Below, in pieces: positions 35,445-48,500 of a stretch of 64,000 nucleotides of DNA. Below the pieces are notes generated by a model. That model was not told the origin of the DNA and did not search any database. It saw only the letters and a list, made by a program, of their open reading frames with translations. The translations under genes were made by a program, and so were the position numbers. Position 1 is the first letter of the stretch; each line of letters starts with the position of its first letter. The DNA is from Tubulanus polymorphus (lineage: Eukaryota > Animalia > Nemertea), in NCBI RefSeq assembly GCF_964204645.1, contig NC_134027.1:18810560-18874559 (forward strand), read 5' to 3'.

Positions 35445-36062
35445 TGTCACTAACGGGATCTTTGAATTCCACTTGAGTGATAGAATGTTAACAAGCGTCC
35501 ACGAATAAACGAGTCGCAACACACAGAGTTCCTGTCTTCAAAATTACTTTTATTTCACGAACTGATCTCAACGATCTAAAAATTCCTAGCGGTCTCCCCC
35601 ACGGTCCAAAAACCCCAGTATATATAGTCAATTCTCCAACCCATCTCATTAGCGAACGACATTGCCAAAGCCCGTTAATTTGTCGTTAGCGCAACAGCGT
35701 TGCCCATAAAAATATCATTATTCAACCGAAATAATTACAAAAGGACATTATACGTGACAGTTTCCCATAAAAATGTAACATTAACTTTGAATTATGTTCT
35801 TCAGCGGCAGTCGTTGCTCGCAAAAGCAAATACTTACGAGCAACTGACGCGCATTAGTCGTAATTTTCCTAAGGTTCAATCTCAGTACAAAAAGTTATAT
35901 GAAAGCTGACGCTGGAACAAAGTTCGAAAGTTTTATCACGAAAGATGGCACTGTTGAATGAGTTGGATAATGAATGCGGAATAGTTTATGATATCGTTAG
36001 AAGATGGCAGCACTGCCTATGAATTGAGACTGCTGTTGAAACTCAACAATACCACTGTCACA
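35445..36062 (-). repeat. Gypsy-env 5' LTR
   Basis: Identical by eye to 25145-25762, offset exactly 10300. Confidence 0.97.
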
Positions 36063-36066
36063 TAGT

Positions 36067-36920
36067 AATGCCCGACGGTGATCTACACTGCAGTTTCGTG
36101 ATGAGTAAAACCCATGTAGCTACATTAAAGATGATGTCAATTGTCCGATTCGAACTTCAAGCTGCTGTCCTCGCTGTTCGTTTGGCTGAAGCTACCAAAA
36201 AAGAAGTTACATGTCGAATCGACGAAACTGTCAACTGGATCGATAGCAAGGTCGTCTTAGGCTACATAATGCATGAGAGCAGGCGTTATCATGTCTTTGT
36301 TGCTGTGAGAATATCCGAGATCCACGACGCAACTACACCTGATCAATGGCGCAACATACCGGGCTGCGAGAACTCTCTGCAGAAGATTGCTCAAGAGGTG
36401 TTTCGGCTGCTAAGTTAACAACGGATTGTACTTGGCTGACTGGTCCAAGTTTTCTATGGAACTCCGTCGAATCATGGCCTGAAGACATTCCGACAGAAGA
36501 GCTCGTCAGCGTTGATGACCCTGAAGTAAAGAAGAACGTTTGTCTTATATCCGTTAGACGTGCTGTACTGCCAGATCCATCCAAGAAGTCGTCCTGGGTC
36601 GAGTATATACGAATTACAGCATGGATGCTTCGCTTTATCAACAACTTCGTTTCTACACACCGAAAGGTTAAGTTGGAAGTTTGTCGTGATGGTCCGTTAT
36701 CTGCTAGAGAATTCAACGAGGCTGAATTGTTGATTTTAAGTACCCGGTACTGATAAGCGACAGAAGTTCCCTATGGAGTATGCTGCCTTGAAGTCTGCAA
36801 AAAACTACCGTCGTCAAGCAAGCTGCTGCAACTAGGTAGATCCGGAATCAGATGCATCAGGTGTGATGAGAGCTCGTGGCAGGCTGATGAACGCAAATAT
36901 ACTGCGTGCACTACGGATCT
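36067..36920 (+). pseudogene. Second BEL/Pao fragment, right part (RNase H and linker)
   Basis: VMSKTHVA...RFELQAAVL, WIDSKVVL, QWRNIPG, WLTGPSFL, RITAWMLRF. Confidence 0.88.
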
Positions 36921-38174
36921 GCGATGATACCTTCCTTTCGGCTGAATTTGACCATATATCTAACTCTCTTAAAAGTTGGCTTACCCAGATCACATTTTGA
37001 AAATTGTTATTTCTAAGGCTAAACGTACTTTCTTTAATTCTAAATCTCCAGAAAATTTAAAAAAAAACACATTAGAGTTCATTGTAGTTCCGTATGTACC
37101 TGTTTTGGTAAAGTTTCGTCTCTCTCTCCCTTTATTGGATAATTAAATCATTTTCACGTATGAAAACAAAATTAGTAAGACTTTGGTTAAATACCATCAA
37201 TCTTAACCTTTGGACAAAGAGTTTACAAAATTCCTTGTTTTGGCTGTGATAAAATTTACTTTGGAGAAACTGGTCGTGAATTAAAGACTCGAATTTCGGA
37301 AAATAAAAAGGATATATATAATAAATCATAAACCGGCTAGTGGCGTAGCCAATCACGTTTGGAACACTGGTCATCGTTTTTATCATCTCGGGCGAAGCCC
37401 GAGATGTTGTAACGGGTCCAAAAATCGAATTTTTGCTAACAAATGAGGTTATAACTTTGACACGAAGTCATGCAATCTACTACGTTTATGTTCAACATGT
37501 ACCTTGATCATGCGGCTAAAATCTGTGAGAAATGGAATTTTGAATTTCGCGTTCATTTTAGAGCAATCGACGAATTTGTGGCGATTTTTTAAAAAATTCG
37601 AAGGAGCATTTTGTTTCATAAAACATCTAGAAGGCCGTTGTACATCGTTAAATTAATGTAAAATAAATGCTCCCTGCAGTTAGCTGATCTCCCGCAATCG
37701 ATCAACGTAAGGCCATATTCGATAATACGACGCAGACAAACCGGTCTATTAATCTGCTCGAATATTGGTGTGCCATTTCATAGGATTTACTTTCTCATTT
37801 CCCAGTCATTGGACAGTCTTATTATATGTTTATTTTAAATTTCATAGTCTTCGTATTGTTTCCGTCTCCCTATTGTATTATGAAAAAAACGGAGATTCAA
37901 TCGATCCGCTACATCGTCGTGGCGCGCACAATCGAATTGGCCCAGACCCGGTGCCGCGCTGATTGACATCAGACTGTTAGATTTTCTTTCGATTTAGCGT
38001 TTATTTTACGCAGTAAGTAATTATTTATATCGTAGAGTGCTGATGATATAGTTTACAGGATGAAGAAGTTAAGGTACACTGTCATATAGACCGTAAAACT
38101 ATCATGAATTGTGCGTTTACTCGCGCGATGTGTTTCAATTCAATTTATCCAATCAATCGCCGTGGCGTGTGTAT

Positions 38175-39032
38175 CACCAGGCAGTCGCCGATGGGCTTGG
38201 GATACAGTTGCTGGGGTTTTTGATAGTGTATTTGTGTTTTCATTCGTTATTCTGCAATAAATCCGAGAAAAAACGTCTTGGTACTGATACGTTTAGAAAG
38301 ATAATGGCCGCTGGATCCACACACGGCGACCTCACAAAATACTGAACAAACTTCGTTTTTCAATCTAAAATCAAAACTTTTATTTTATATGACACTTACT
38401 AGTGATATGACAGTTATATATCCTATTATTCCATCCGACTGTGAGACACTATCAATTTGTGAAACGTCTTTAGTAATATAAAAGAAAAGGTAGTTGACGA
38501 AGCGTGAGCGTATAGGAAAAACTTTACAGGCGTTGAGACGGCAACACTAGGTCACACGGGCACCTGCTACAAGTATTCCCCTTCTATATTCAAATAAAGC
38601 GGGATTTCGTTATGACGTCACTCAGCGGTTGAACGACGTTCGGTGACTAGTTAGTTGCCGTCTCAACGCCTGTAAAGTTTTTCCTATACGCTCACGCTTC
38701 GTCAACTACCTTTTCTTTTATATTACTAAAGACGTTTCACAAATTGATAGTGTCTCACAGTCGGATGGAATAATAGGATATATAACTGTCATATCACTAG
38801 TAAGTGTCATATAAAATAAAAGTTTTAATTTTAGATTGAAAAACGAAGTTGGTTAGTGTTTTGTGAGGTCGCCGTGTGTGTGTGGAGCCAGCGGCCATTA
38901 TCTTTTTAAACGTATCAGTACCACCAAGACATTTCTTCTCGGATTTATTGCAAAATAACCACTCAAAACACAGATACACTATCAAAAACCCCAGCAACTG
39001 TATCCCAAGCCCATCGGCGAGTGCCTGTGGTG
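38175..39032. mobile_element. Foldback element with ~370-bp inverted arms
   Basis: 38178-38545 is the near-perfect reverse complement of 38652-39028; ~105 bp spacer. Confidence 0.88.
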
Positions 39033-39984
39033 TACTGTTAATTTACAGGGCTTTCAAAATACTCGTTCAAAATAAGCCGTCGGTCATCGCATCCGACTGT
39101 TAGTAAGAATCCTGCGACGGCTATGAAATATCTCGTCTGATATCAACGATAGTATGAAAGCTGTGATCAGTGGATATATTTAAATGTAGGCCTACTGCAG
39201 TCAGTGTGCATCGCATGAAAATTTGCCTCAGACGCTTGGCCTACTAGTAGTTTAAGTTTCCAGGAAATGGGCTCCCTTCATATAACAACTGCCAATCATA
39301 CTAGCGACTGCCTGTGTTTAAGGAGTAGTGTCTATTCGATGAATTGTCTCATTTTGAGCACAGATGCAGAAGGTGAAAACTTTGTTCGGTGAACTCACAG
39401 AGACAATTAGTTTTTGGGTAGCCTAATAGCATCAATGTGCTCTTAAGCTGGCTGCTTAACCAATCAACAGTTACTAATTGCCATCACTGCAGTCAATTAC
39501 ACTAGCAAATCAATTAATTTGATATTTTTAAAAATCAAAATATGCAATTTCATGTAACCTCAACATAACTAATTATGAGATAGCTAAATATTGCTGTGAA
39601 AAAAGCACTGTGTCAGTGGTCGGGGAAAAGATTTTGCAACTGCTATTTCTTTGTCTGCAACTGGTATCTTTAAATCAAACTGGTGTGGTGGGTTTATAAA
39701 AAAAAAATCAAACGAATTTTACCAACCGAATAAATAATGGCCGATCCCTATTTTAATATCAAAAGAACGGAAAACAGTGATAGGGTTTGGGGTTGACAAT
39801 CGTTTTGTTATCCGATTTTAACCAGTGCACAATAAAATCTTTAATAGGCTGCGTAATCGGCATTCACTATAGGTTTCACTTGTCTTTGTATTTTTTCAAT
39901 TGTGACCAGGTTAAGCGTCCCTTGTCTGTTTTATGCGTCGACGATTCATATTGCTTTCCATTTCCAATTTACTGTGGACCTCTT

Positions 39985-40460
39985 TCCACATGGCCGACTT
40001 ATGACTTACTTTTGACACAGGAACTCTCCGTGTACACGAAAAATCAAACACCGTTTGACATGATTTCATGAAATTGTTATGGTATGTGCATGTATGGTAG
40101 TATGGTGGGGAACTCTTTTAGGGAATCTAATATTCAAGATGGCCGAATTATGACCTACTTTTGACACGTGTACGTGATAACTAAAAAATCGTTTGAGAAA
40201 ATTTCATGAAATTTATATTAGATGTGTATGATAGTATGATGTAAGGCCTTATTGTTTTGGGGACTTCTCCGATTCAAGATGGCCGACACCATCTACTTTT
40301 GACACAGGAACTTTCCGTATACACGATAACTCGAAAACCGTTTGGGATATATCAATGACATTTTTATGGTAGGCCTATGTGTATGATAATATGAAAAGGA
40401 ACTGTCTTGTTCTCGGAACTTCTCCAATTCAAGATGGCTGACTTATGACCTACTTTCTGT
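39985..40460 (+). repeat. ~140-150 bp tandem repeat (3+ units) inside HINE family 2
   Basis: (CAAG)ATGGCCGA...CTACTTTTGACAC recurs at about 39990, 40135, 40275 and 40430. Confidence 0.85.
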
Positions 40461-41229
40461 TCAAAATGGCATTTTTTGAACTTATTATTGTTACGCTGTC
40501 TTCTGTACTTATTGTAGATGGTTCATCTGTTTCTTCACTACCTTGGGATTTTGTGATTAAAGCTGCGTGTATGAGCGTGCATTTTGACACAACTATGTTT
40601 ATTTTCTACTTGGGTCAATAGCACAGAAATCAGAAAGTTGTGTGCGTGAACCGGGCATAGCAAACTCTGGTGCGTGGCGAATGTCTTTTACTGCCATATT
40701 GCCAATAGTGATGTGTACGCAACTACGTATTTACACTGTTCCTTTATCAACTGTTCATTAGCCCCACAATTCATTCCACATCCCAATGGTCCCACATCTG
40801 ATTAGTTCAACGTCTAAATGGTCCCTCAATTTTTTCATTTTACTTATTGCGCCCGAGATATAAAGATCCGTGGATCTCTTGTTATTTTGATAAAGCCGAA
40901 ATTATTTATACTTCCAGCAATCGCACTAAACGCCACATAGCTGAGTCAGCCTTAATTATTCGTCACTCAGATATTAGTACCAATTTAAATAATGGCTTTT
41001 CTCCGCACAATTCTCTTCTTTCTAAGTATATTACTTCATGCCTTGCCAAACACTAATTATTTACTCACTCGCCAATTTACTCAATTAACCTGTTGTCCCC
41101 TGTATATATACCCCTGTTTTAAGTCTATGATCTTTATCTTATGAAACATATTCAATTACTGAATTTATCTTATGAAACATATTCAATTACTGAACTCAGA
41201 TAACGGTGACTTAAGATAATGGTGCCAAA

Positions 41230-42398
41230 AATCCTAAAATATTTTATACAGTTTTAGGTAGTTTAGAATGGGATGAAAAAATAATAAATATTCTTGAAAC
41301 TCCTTTTAATGAAAGAAATGATTATTTAATACTTTCTAACGGTTACAATGATGTGATAGACTTAAGAATTGAAAAACGACAATTTTATTATTTCAAGCTT
41401 GATTATAAACAAATTATTTATAATAAAAATTCATCAAATATTGGTATTCAATGTAATTTAGATAATGAATTTTAAAAAATGTGATCCTAATGAAAAAATA
41501 TATTGTTATTGCGGAGGTAAAGACTTAAATCACATTAGACTTAGATCACATAAATCAAAGCATTATCAAACAACTAAACATATCAATAATGGAAAGAATG
41601 ATAATTCTATATTGAAATAAGATTAAGCTGTATGTTTCAAATATATAATAGTTTAATATTTTGAAATTAGTTAATGAATAACTGCTAAATTGTTGAAATG
41701 ATAAATCGTTAGACTGTGGAAATGTTAAATTGTTAGACTGTAAGTTTAATTGTTATCTGATTTAATCATTTAAAAGTTTAATGTTTTAAAAATGATTATA
41801 AAATATCAAATTAAAAACTTTTAAATATTTATTAATCTTTAATTTTTTTTTTCTTAAATAAATGGATGGTTTCATTCCAACCGGAAGTTATTTAATTGCT
41901 GGAGGATTATATTGCTGCGCTATACTTTTATTATGAGAATATTAGTAAAGATCTGATTAATGAAAATATGAAATTGAGTAAGAAATTAAAGATGTTGAAT
42001 GGAAACGGGCATAAAAAATATAATCAAAAAGTTATTGAAACAGATTAACTAATGAATTAATTAAATGAATTTTTTCAATTAAATGAGTGAAAGTAAGGTA
42101 TTAGAAATATTACATTTTATATATAAAAATCAAGAAAATATTAAGTCAATTATTATGATGTCAGGATTATTATCTGTTTCAATTTACTCATTAAAACAGT
42201 TATTAGAATTTTATGATACTTGTAATATTAAATATATAGCATTAAAGAATAATATAAATTAAAATATAATCAGATAGATTAAATAATATTAAGTGTTGTG
42301 AAATATGCAATAATAAGTATAAAAATGATAAGAGATTAAAAAATGATAGAAATATTCACGACCTAAATGATAAATTATATGATACAAGAAATAGACTG
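41230..42398 (+). other. Very AT-rich decayed coding-like tract, possibly a DNA-virus/Polinton-type relic; continues at 44300-44771 and 56870-57040
   Basis: EKIYCYCGGK...HKSKHYQTTKH at ~41492-41581; several short hydrophobic ORF remnants; TAAATG starts at 41859 and 44743. Confidence 0.35.
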
Positions 42399-42402
42399 TT
42401 AA

Positions 42403-44120
42403 AGGAGTACTAGAAGTTGCTAATCAACTTATCATAAAACTTATCATATAACAAATCATAATTCATAACATAAAACCACCTTAATAAAGTTGCGCGATAT
42501 ATCAGATTAAAAAGACTCACGGTTAATGAGTAATTAATGGTTTTATCATAGTTGTTATTTTGAAAATACCGCACTTGTCAATGACTTGTCATGTGACCTA
42601 ATGACGTAGTAGGTTGATTGTTCGCGCAGCGGAGAACCCGGAAGAAACTATATACTACACGTAGACAGCTGTCAAAACTCATGAATAAAACTACGATATA
42701 GCTCATTTATCATGGTAAAAAGTGTGTGGAATACGGTTGCTCTCACTCACATCGATATCATTACACAATTTTCCAAACCCTACTACGAAAAAAATTCGGT
42801 ATAACGAATGGAAATGCCAGATAAAAACGTACACGGCAAGATTGGGTTAGTCCATCACTCCCGTATGGATCGAGTGCTTGAAAGTCGTGATTGTTTTTCG
42901 GTTTAAAACTGGGTAGCAGTTTCCATCGGCTACAAACAAAAAATCTCTGAAAGGTGATGCCATCCCAACAATTTTCAAGCGCAAAACTGACTCACTCCGT
43001 CCCCATCAACCTCGAAAAGATAAGCCTCACAAACTTGCACGTAGAAGGGTAAATAACATTTTAACTTTCTCTTAAAACAGATTATGAAATCAAATGTTGA
43101 TTAACTCAGGCTACAAAATGATAGTGTTGACTGAATTGTTAAACCAGGGTGCCATGACTTGATTCTAGGCCTACTCATTTCTGCAGTAAATTTGAGAAGT
43201 GATAGATATTGAATTCAGAGGTAGCCTGAAAGTTTTGAAGTGAAATGCGTTGAATTTTAATGACAGTGACCATAAATATTTCGTTTCGTTCATTTCAGTT
43301 GATTACCTCACTTACTCACCCACCAGCAAAGAGGCCTACCCCAACGTCACCACCCGTAGAATCCGATGTTGAATATCCCACAAATAACATGGATGAGAAT
43401 GAGACTTCTTCAAATTCAATCGGCACTCAAAGCCAATTTCAAGGAAAGGAAACCACAAACTTATAAACGAAGGTAATCAGCCTAATTGGAATTTTTGCTC
43501 TGTCAAACTCTTTGTACAATCTGTAATTATGTATCCTTACAGGTATTTCAGTAAAACCAAAAACGAGAGAGGTGTCGACACAGTATCCACCAGTTCCTCG
43601 ATGAAAATCTACGGATACGAATTTTGATAGTGAAACTAACACTTAAAACGATGATGATGGTGATGGTGGTGGCGGTGGCGGCGGCGGCGCCGACGACGAT
43701 GAGGGGGATGGTGATGGTGGTGGTGGCGGTGACGATGATAAAATTTATGCTGGAATTTAAATTGATTACGACAAAATCTTTATTTTAGCACTGAGTCATT
43801 GCAACATGGGGAGAAATTTTATTTAGTGTCCGGAAGTGCTTTGATGTCTTTTTTTCGAATCCGTCCTGTGTGCCTCACTGAGACCGATTGTACCATCAAT
43901 ACCACCAATGGCACTGCAATACCTGCAAAGCAACAGTGTCAGTCCAGATTTCGCAAAGCAAATAGAATTTAATTTAATTTAATTTAGATAGGCAACACTA
44001 GAGTCAGAAACATTTCGCTTGGAGCCTCTATTTTATTTGCTGGATTAGCGCCAGCAAAAGCTTTGAGAATGCTGCAACATATGAATGTCCAATGTATGAG
44101 TTGTGATACATTCATGAAAG
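42403..44120 (+). mobile_element. Truncated THAP-transposase DNA transposon relic, Kolobok-like
   Basis: TTAA|AGGAGTACT left end; THAP remnants MVK-KCVEYGC...LHNFP...W...DW and DAIPTIF (42712-42977); GT-AG intron-like gap ~43049-43298; NISLGASILFAG...LRMLQHMNV...TF at ~44008-44118. Confidence 0.62.
43650..43740 (+). repeat. Compound GAT/GGT/GGC microsatellite
   Basis: gatgatgatggtgatggtggtggcggtggcggcggc... Confidence 0.9.
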
Positions 44121-44146
44121 TAATTGGATAATAGTTGTTTCAGATC

Positions 44147-44299
44147 AAAGGTCGAAAGGTCGAGAGGTTGTATATTCCAAAATTGTAATTTTCTAAAATA
44201 AATCAATTGTTCGCTCCGCATTTGCTATACGCTCACAACTGATTTATTTCAAAAAATTACAATTTTGGGAATATACACCCTCTCGACCTTTCAACCTTT
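44147..44299. repeat. ~150-bp imperfect palindrome
   Basis: AAAGGTCGAAAGGTCGAGAGG...AAATAAATCA pairs with TGATTTATTT...CCTCTCGACCTTTCAACCTTT; ~62-bp arms. Confidence 0.85.
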
Positions 44300-44771
44300 A
44301 ATTTTGAAAAAACTATTATCCAATTACTCCAGTAATTCCATAGATATGAAAATAATATTTATGAATATTATATTAATGAAATCAATTTTGATAAAAAATT
44401 TGTTATTAAAATGGAGAGTAAACAAGTACACAGTGAGAACAACAAATTATTCCTAGCTAGAATCAAAGATACTTCCAATGCTAAATCAGTAGATTATAAA
44501 TTCAAAAATCTGACTGAGTTAACAATTCATAAGAAATAAATACTTACTAATATTGAAACAATTACTAATAGTAACAAGTAAAAAAAAATTACAGGTATAT
44601 AAACCAACAATATCAGATTATTATACACCAGTAATGAACCGAAGAAATATGAAATAATTTGGATTTTAGGTGGAACGATTATTGTTATATTTGTAGCATA
44701 TGAATTTACAAATTATTTATACATTATTTTTTGTGTGTGAAATAAATGGATAAAGTTGATAATATTGATAT

Positions 44772-45286
44772 AACGAACAAACAACCCACGTTTGGTTAAC
44801 GGACTTGTTTTTAATTTTAAGCGTCGATAATCGAAAAGTCGTTGACTACAAATTACAAAAAAAACAGCAATAATAAGTATTTCATTACAAAATAGTTACA
44901 TTACTAGACAAGTAACGACAAGTGCATATTTATGGCAAATTATAACGCATTAAACTTACTAATAAACTAGACCAAATTTTAGGCCAAACTACGCCAAATA
45001 CCAAGTAAATGAAATGGCACATAAAGCTTACATTTACATCATGAAAGTTAGATTTCATCATACAGAAATGAGATATATAACACATTTTTGCGAAACTTAC
45101 AACTATATCCGCTGTTACCAGTAAAATGAGTACTTCTCGTCTACCGACCTAAGTGTGTACTACCACAAAACTGTGCGTAAGGCACGGAGTAAATTCAGTA
45201 ATAAATCGATAATAGAGGATTAAACTCGACACCCGAATGCAAAATTCACAAACCCCAGCGACACAAAACCCACCGGTCTGGAAACA
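44772..45286 (-). repeat. Outer BEL 3' LTR
   Basis: Starts TGTTTCCAGACC on the minus strand directly after the PPT. Confidence 0.88.
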
Positions 45287-45538
45287 GCGCCCCCTTGACA
45301 TCTCAAACTTCAAAAGATTAATTTTTGTGTACACACAGACCGCAATTAAGTTGCAGTTATAAACTAGAATAATATTTTACATCATACGAATGCTATAAAC
45401 CATCGTTCAATATCGACAAATCGAGAAAATCACGCTTTAACACTACGTATTTTAGTTTTCACGACCTTAATTTAACTAGCAGCAAGATAACACACAAATA
45501 TTTACATTACCACTAGATATAATCACAACTCTGACTCC

Positions 45539-48500
45539 TCAAGAAGACAAACATTGGCTATTGGCTACTGGACGAACATATTCGCCCTTTCGAGTTTTAA
45601 TTTTGACGGTCCTCACCCCATCCTCATGCGGATAAACCTCCAATATACGGGCAAGGGGCCATTTACCACGGGGCAAATTCTCGTCGATGAGAACTACAAC
45701 GTCACCGATACGAAGATTTCTTACCTCAATTTTCTGACGCTTATTTAGAGTTTGCAAATACTCCTTGGTCCATCCCTTCCAGAAATGGTCAGCTTTTACC
45801 TGAGCCTGCCGCCATTTTTGACGACTATTAACGACAGAAGAACTTACCTCTGCTGGAGGGTTCACACTAACAGCGCCCCCGTAGAGGAAATGACTGGGCG
45901 TAATTGCTTTAAAATCGTTTGGGTCTGAACTACTGTACGTTAAAGGGCGACTGTTGACCGCAGCCTCGACCTCGATTAGATAAGTACGCAAGACACTATC
46001 TTTCACTACCTGACCTTTTAAACAGGACTTAAGGGCGTGTTTAGTACTTCTTACCAACCTTTCCCATACTCCTCCAAAGTGTGGGGCCTGGGGAGGGGAA
46101 AATTGCCAATGCACGTTCCTCTGCAACGAAAAGTTATGTACCTTCCCCTGATTCCAACGAGTTATAGCATCCCGTAATTCTCTTTCCGCACCTACAAATT
46201 TGTGCCGTTATCACTATATATATGCTGCGGCTGTCCCCTACGACCAATAGAATTTCTTAACACCAGAATGAAGTCATCGGTTTCCAAGGATTCAGCCAGC
46301 TCTAAATGAACAGCTCTGGTGACCAAGCAGGTGAACAAACATCCCCATCGCGTTAAACGACAACGTCCTTGCTTAATCTCTATAGGAACGAAATAATCAC
46401 AACCAGTAAAACAACAAGGCTGAGTGTAACCGGAAACCCTGGACGAAGGAAGATCAGACATCATCGGAACCTCAGGCCACAAATAATAAAGACGACAATC
46501 AGAACAGAGCCTACGCGTACTATATGCCATAGAACGCGCTTTAATGGGCCAATATTTTTGACGAACCTCCGATATTATCTGCTCCGGACCACAATGAGCA
46601 TTACAATCGTGAATACTTCTAAGGATAAGACGTGTCACATGATGTCCAAAGGGCAGAAGATTCTGATGTTTTGCCTCAAACGGCAATTGAGCCTTTGACA
46701 AGCGTCCTCCAACTCTCAGAAATGAACCATCGCTAAACGGGGCTAACGATTGAATTGTACTCATCTTAGACACTACAAACCCTGATGCCAAACACGCAAT
46801 TTCATCTGGAAATTTCTCAGACTGGGCAAACTTAACTAGACAGTCTTCTGCTTGATGGACCTCGGAAGGAAGCAAAAACTCACTAGGACAAACTTTGGGA
46901 AACTGCAATCGACTTCCTGCAAATTTACGAACAGCTCGTAGTATCCCAGCAACATGACACTTTAGTTTTATCCAGCAAGAAAACCGATTAACATCGATAA
47001 GACCGGTAAGATCTAAGTCACTTACGACCAATTTCCGTACGACATCCACATTGTTCACACACTTTGTCCTGCGAACATTCACGTCATCCTCTGAAATAGA
47101 CCCTGAAACACCAAGTTGATCAGGCCACATGGATTTATCTTTCAAGAATGCAGGACCAGAGAGCCAAAAATCCGAATTACAAACCTTCTAGGCCGACATT
47201 CCACGGGTACAAGGATCTGCTGGATTCAGATTTGTGAGAACAAACTGCCATTGATCAGGTGATGTGCAACTATGGATCTCCGACGGACGATTGGCCACGA
47301 AAACTTTAAACCGGGTTGTAAAGTTGTTGATATACCGTAGGACCGTCATAGAATCAGTCCAAAACATGACTCGAGAAATATGCAACGAGCTGAGCTCCCT
47401 TGTCAATGTTTGGTACGGACGAACAGAGAGGACAGCTACCTCCAGTTCCAACTTAGGGATAGTTAACCTCTGCCGAAACGCCACCAGAGAAGAACATGAA
47501 CCTCCGGAACCAAACGAACCACGTAAATAGCATGCGGTAGCAAAACCACTTTCTGACGCATCCGAAAAGAAATGAAGCTTCACACACTGGGGGTGAAATA
47601 CTAACGCAGGATGATACCTAGGAACTTTAAATTCACGAAGAAACTCCAGGTCAGATAACCAGTCGGTCCATTTCGACAATAAATCATCACTTAATTCATC
47701 ATCCCAATCCAAACCAAATTTCCAAACATCCTGCATCAAAGTTTTTGCGCGAAAAGTGAAAGGAGCGAGAAACCCGATTGGATCAAAGATGGAACTAACC
47801 GACCTAATCACACAATGCTTTGTGGGGGGTCCCTCCTTGTTAAACGATTTGAATACGAAACTATCACGTTCACTCCACGTTCCATCGAACTCCTAGGGCC
47901 CGCTCGACGGGTAAGTTATCCAAGTCCAAATAGGTTTAGCACGTTTCGCCTTGTAAATCCTAGACAAAACCTCCCTCACATTACTCATCATCTACATAAA
48001 AATCATTTAAGATGCTATCTGTACATAAAGACGAACAAAAATCCTGACTATCGATAGCTGACCGTTGCAGGGCATAATGGGCGATACAAGGGGAATCGGC
48101 CGCTCCAAAAATAGAGTCGGGTTCAGAATCCTGAGTCAAATCATCCTGCCACAAAAACCTCCTCAAAGAATCTGAATCATCCTCTGGGACCCGTACCTGA
48201 TGAAACATGACCTCAATATCAGATACCATGGCGACCGAGTTTAAACGAAAACGCTGTAAAACTCCAAACAAACTGTTGAGTAAATCAGGACCGGTCATCA
48301 ACATGCTATTTAAGGAAACACCCTTACATTTGGATGCAGCATCAAAGAGTACACGGGGCTTAGGCTTGTTTGGGTTAATAACGCAATGATGTGGAAGATA
48401 CCAAGTCCTATTAGAAGTACGAGTAACCTCATCAGGCGTCAAATTTCGAGCAAACCCATTCGAAATATAACCATTCATGGTATCGCAATACCCAGACATA

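Larger units (their letters stand above)
25145..36062 (-). mobile_element. Intact env-bearing, chromodomain-bearing Ty3/Gypsy LTR retrotransposon (errantivirus-like)
   Basis: 618-bp LTRs identical by eye; 4-bp TSD TAGT (25141-25144, 36063-36066); PBS, PPT, and uninterrupted gag, pol and env. Confidence 0.97.
37380..40882 (+). mobile_element. Helentron-associated (HINE-like) element, family 2
   Basis: 5' T-run plus hairpin ATCTCGGGCGAAGCCCGAGAT (37385-37405); 3' subTIR CGCCCGAGAT (40850-40859); palindrome AGATCC-GT-GGATCT; CTTG-TT end; inserted in a T-run with no TSD. Confidence 0.85.
36940..41056 (+). pseudogene. Penelope-like element 3' fragment (GIY-YIG endonuclease), split by a HINE
   Basis: CDKFYFGETGRELKTRISE...SGVANHVWNTGHRF (to 37380) continues at ~40884 as FDKAEIIY...KRHIAESALI...TNLNNG. 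Confidence 0.82.

Noticed and set aside
41057-41230. Hammerhead ribozyme expected after the Penelope-like fragment
   Set aside because: No CTGANGA...GAAA core found; only a ~31-bp tandem duplication.
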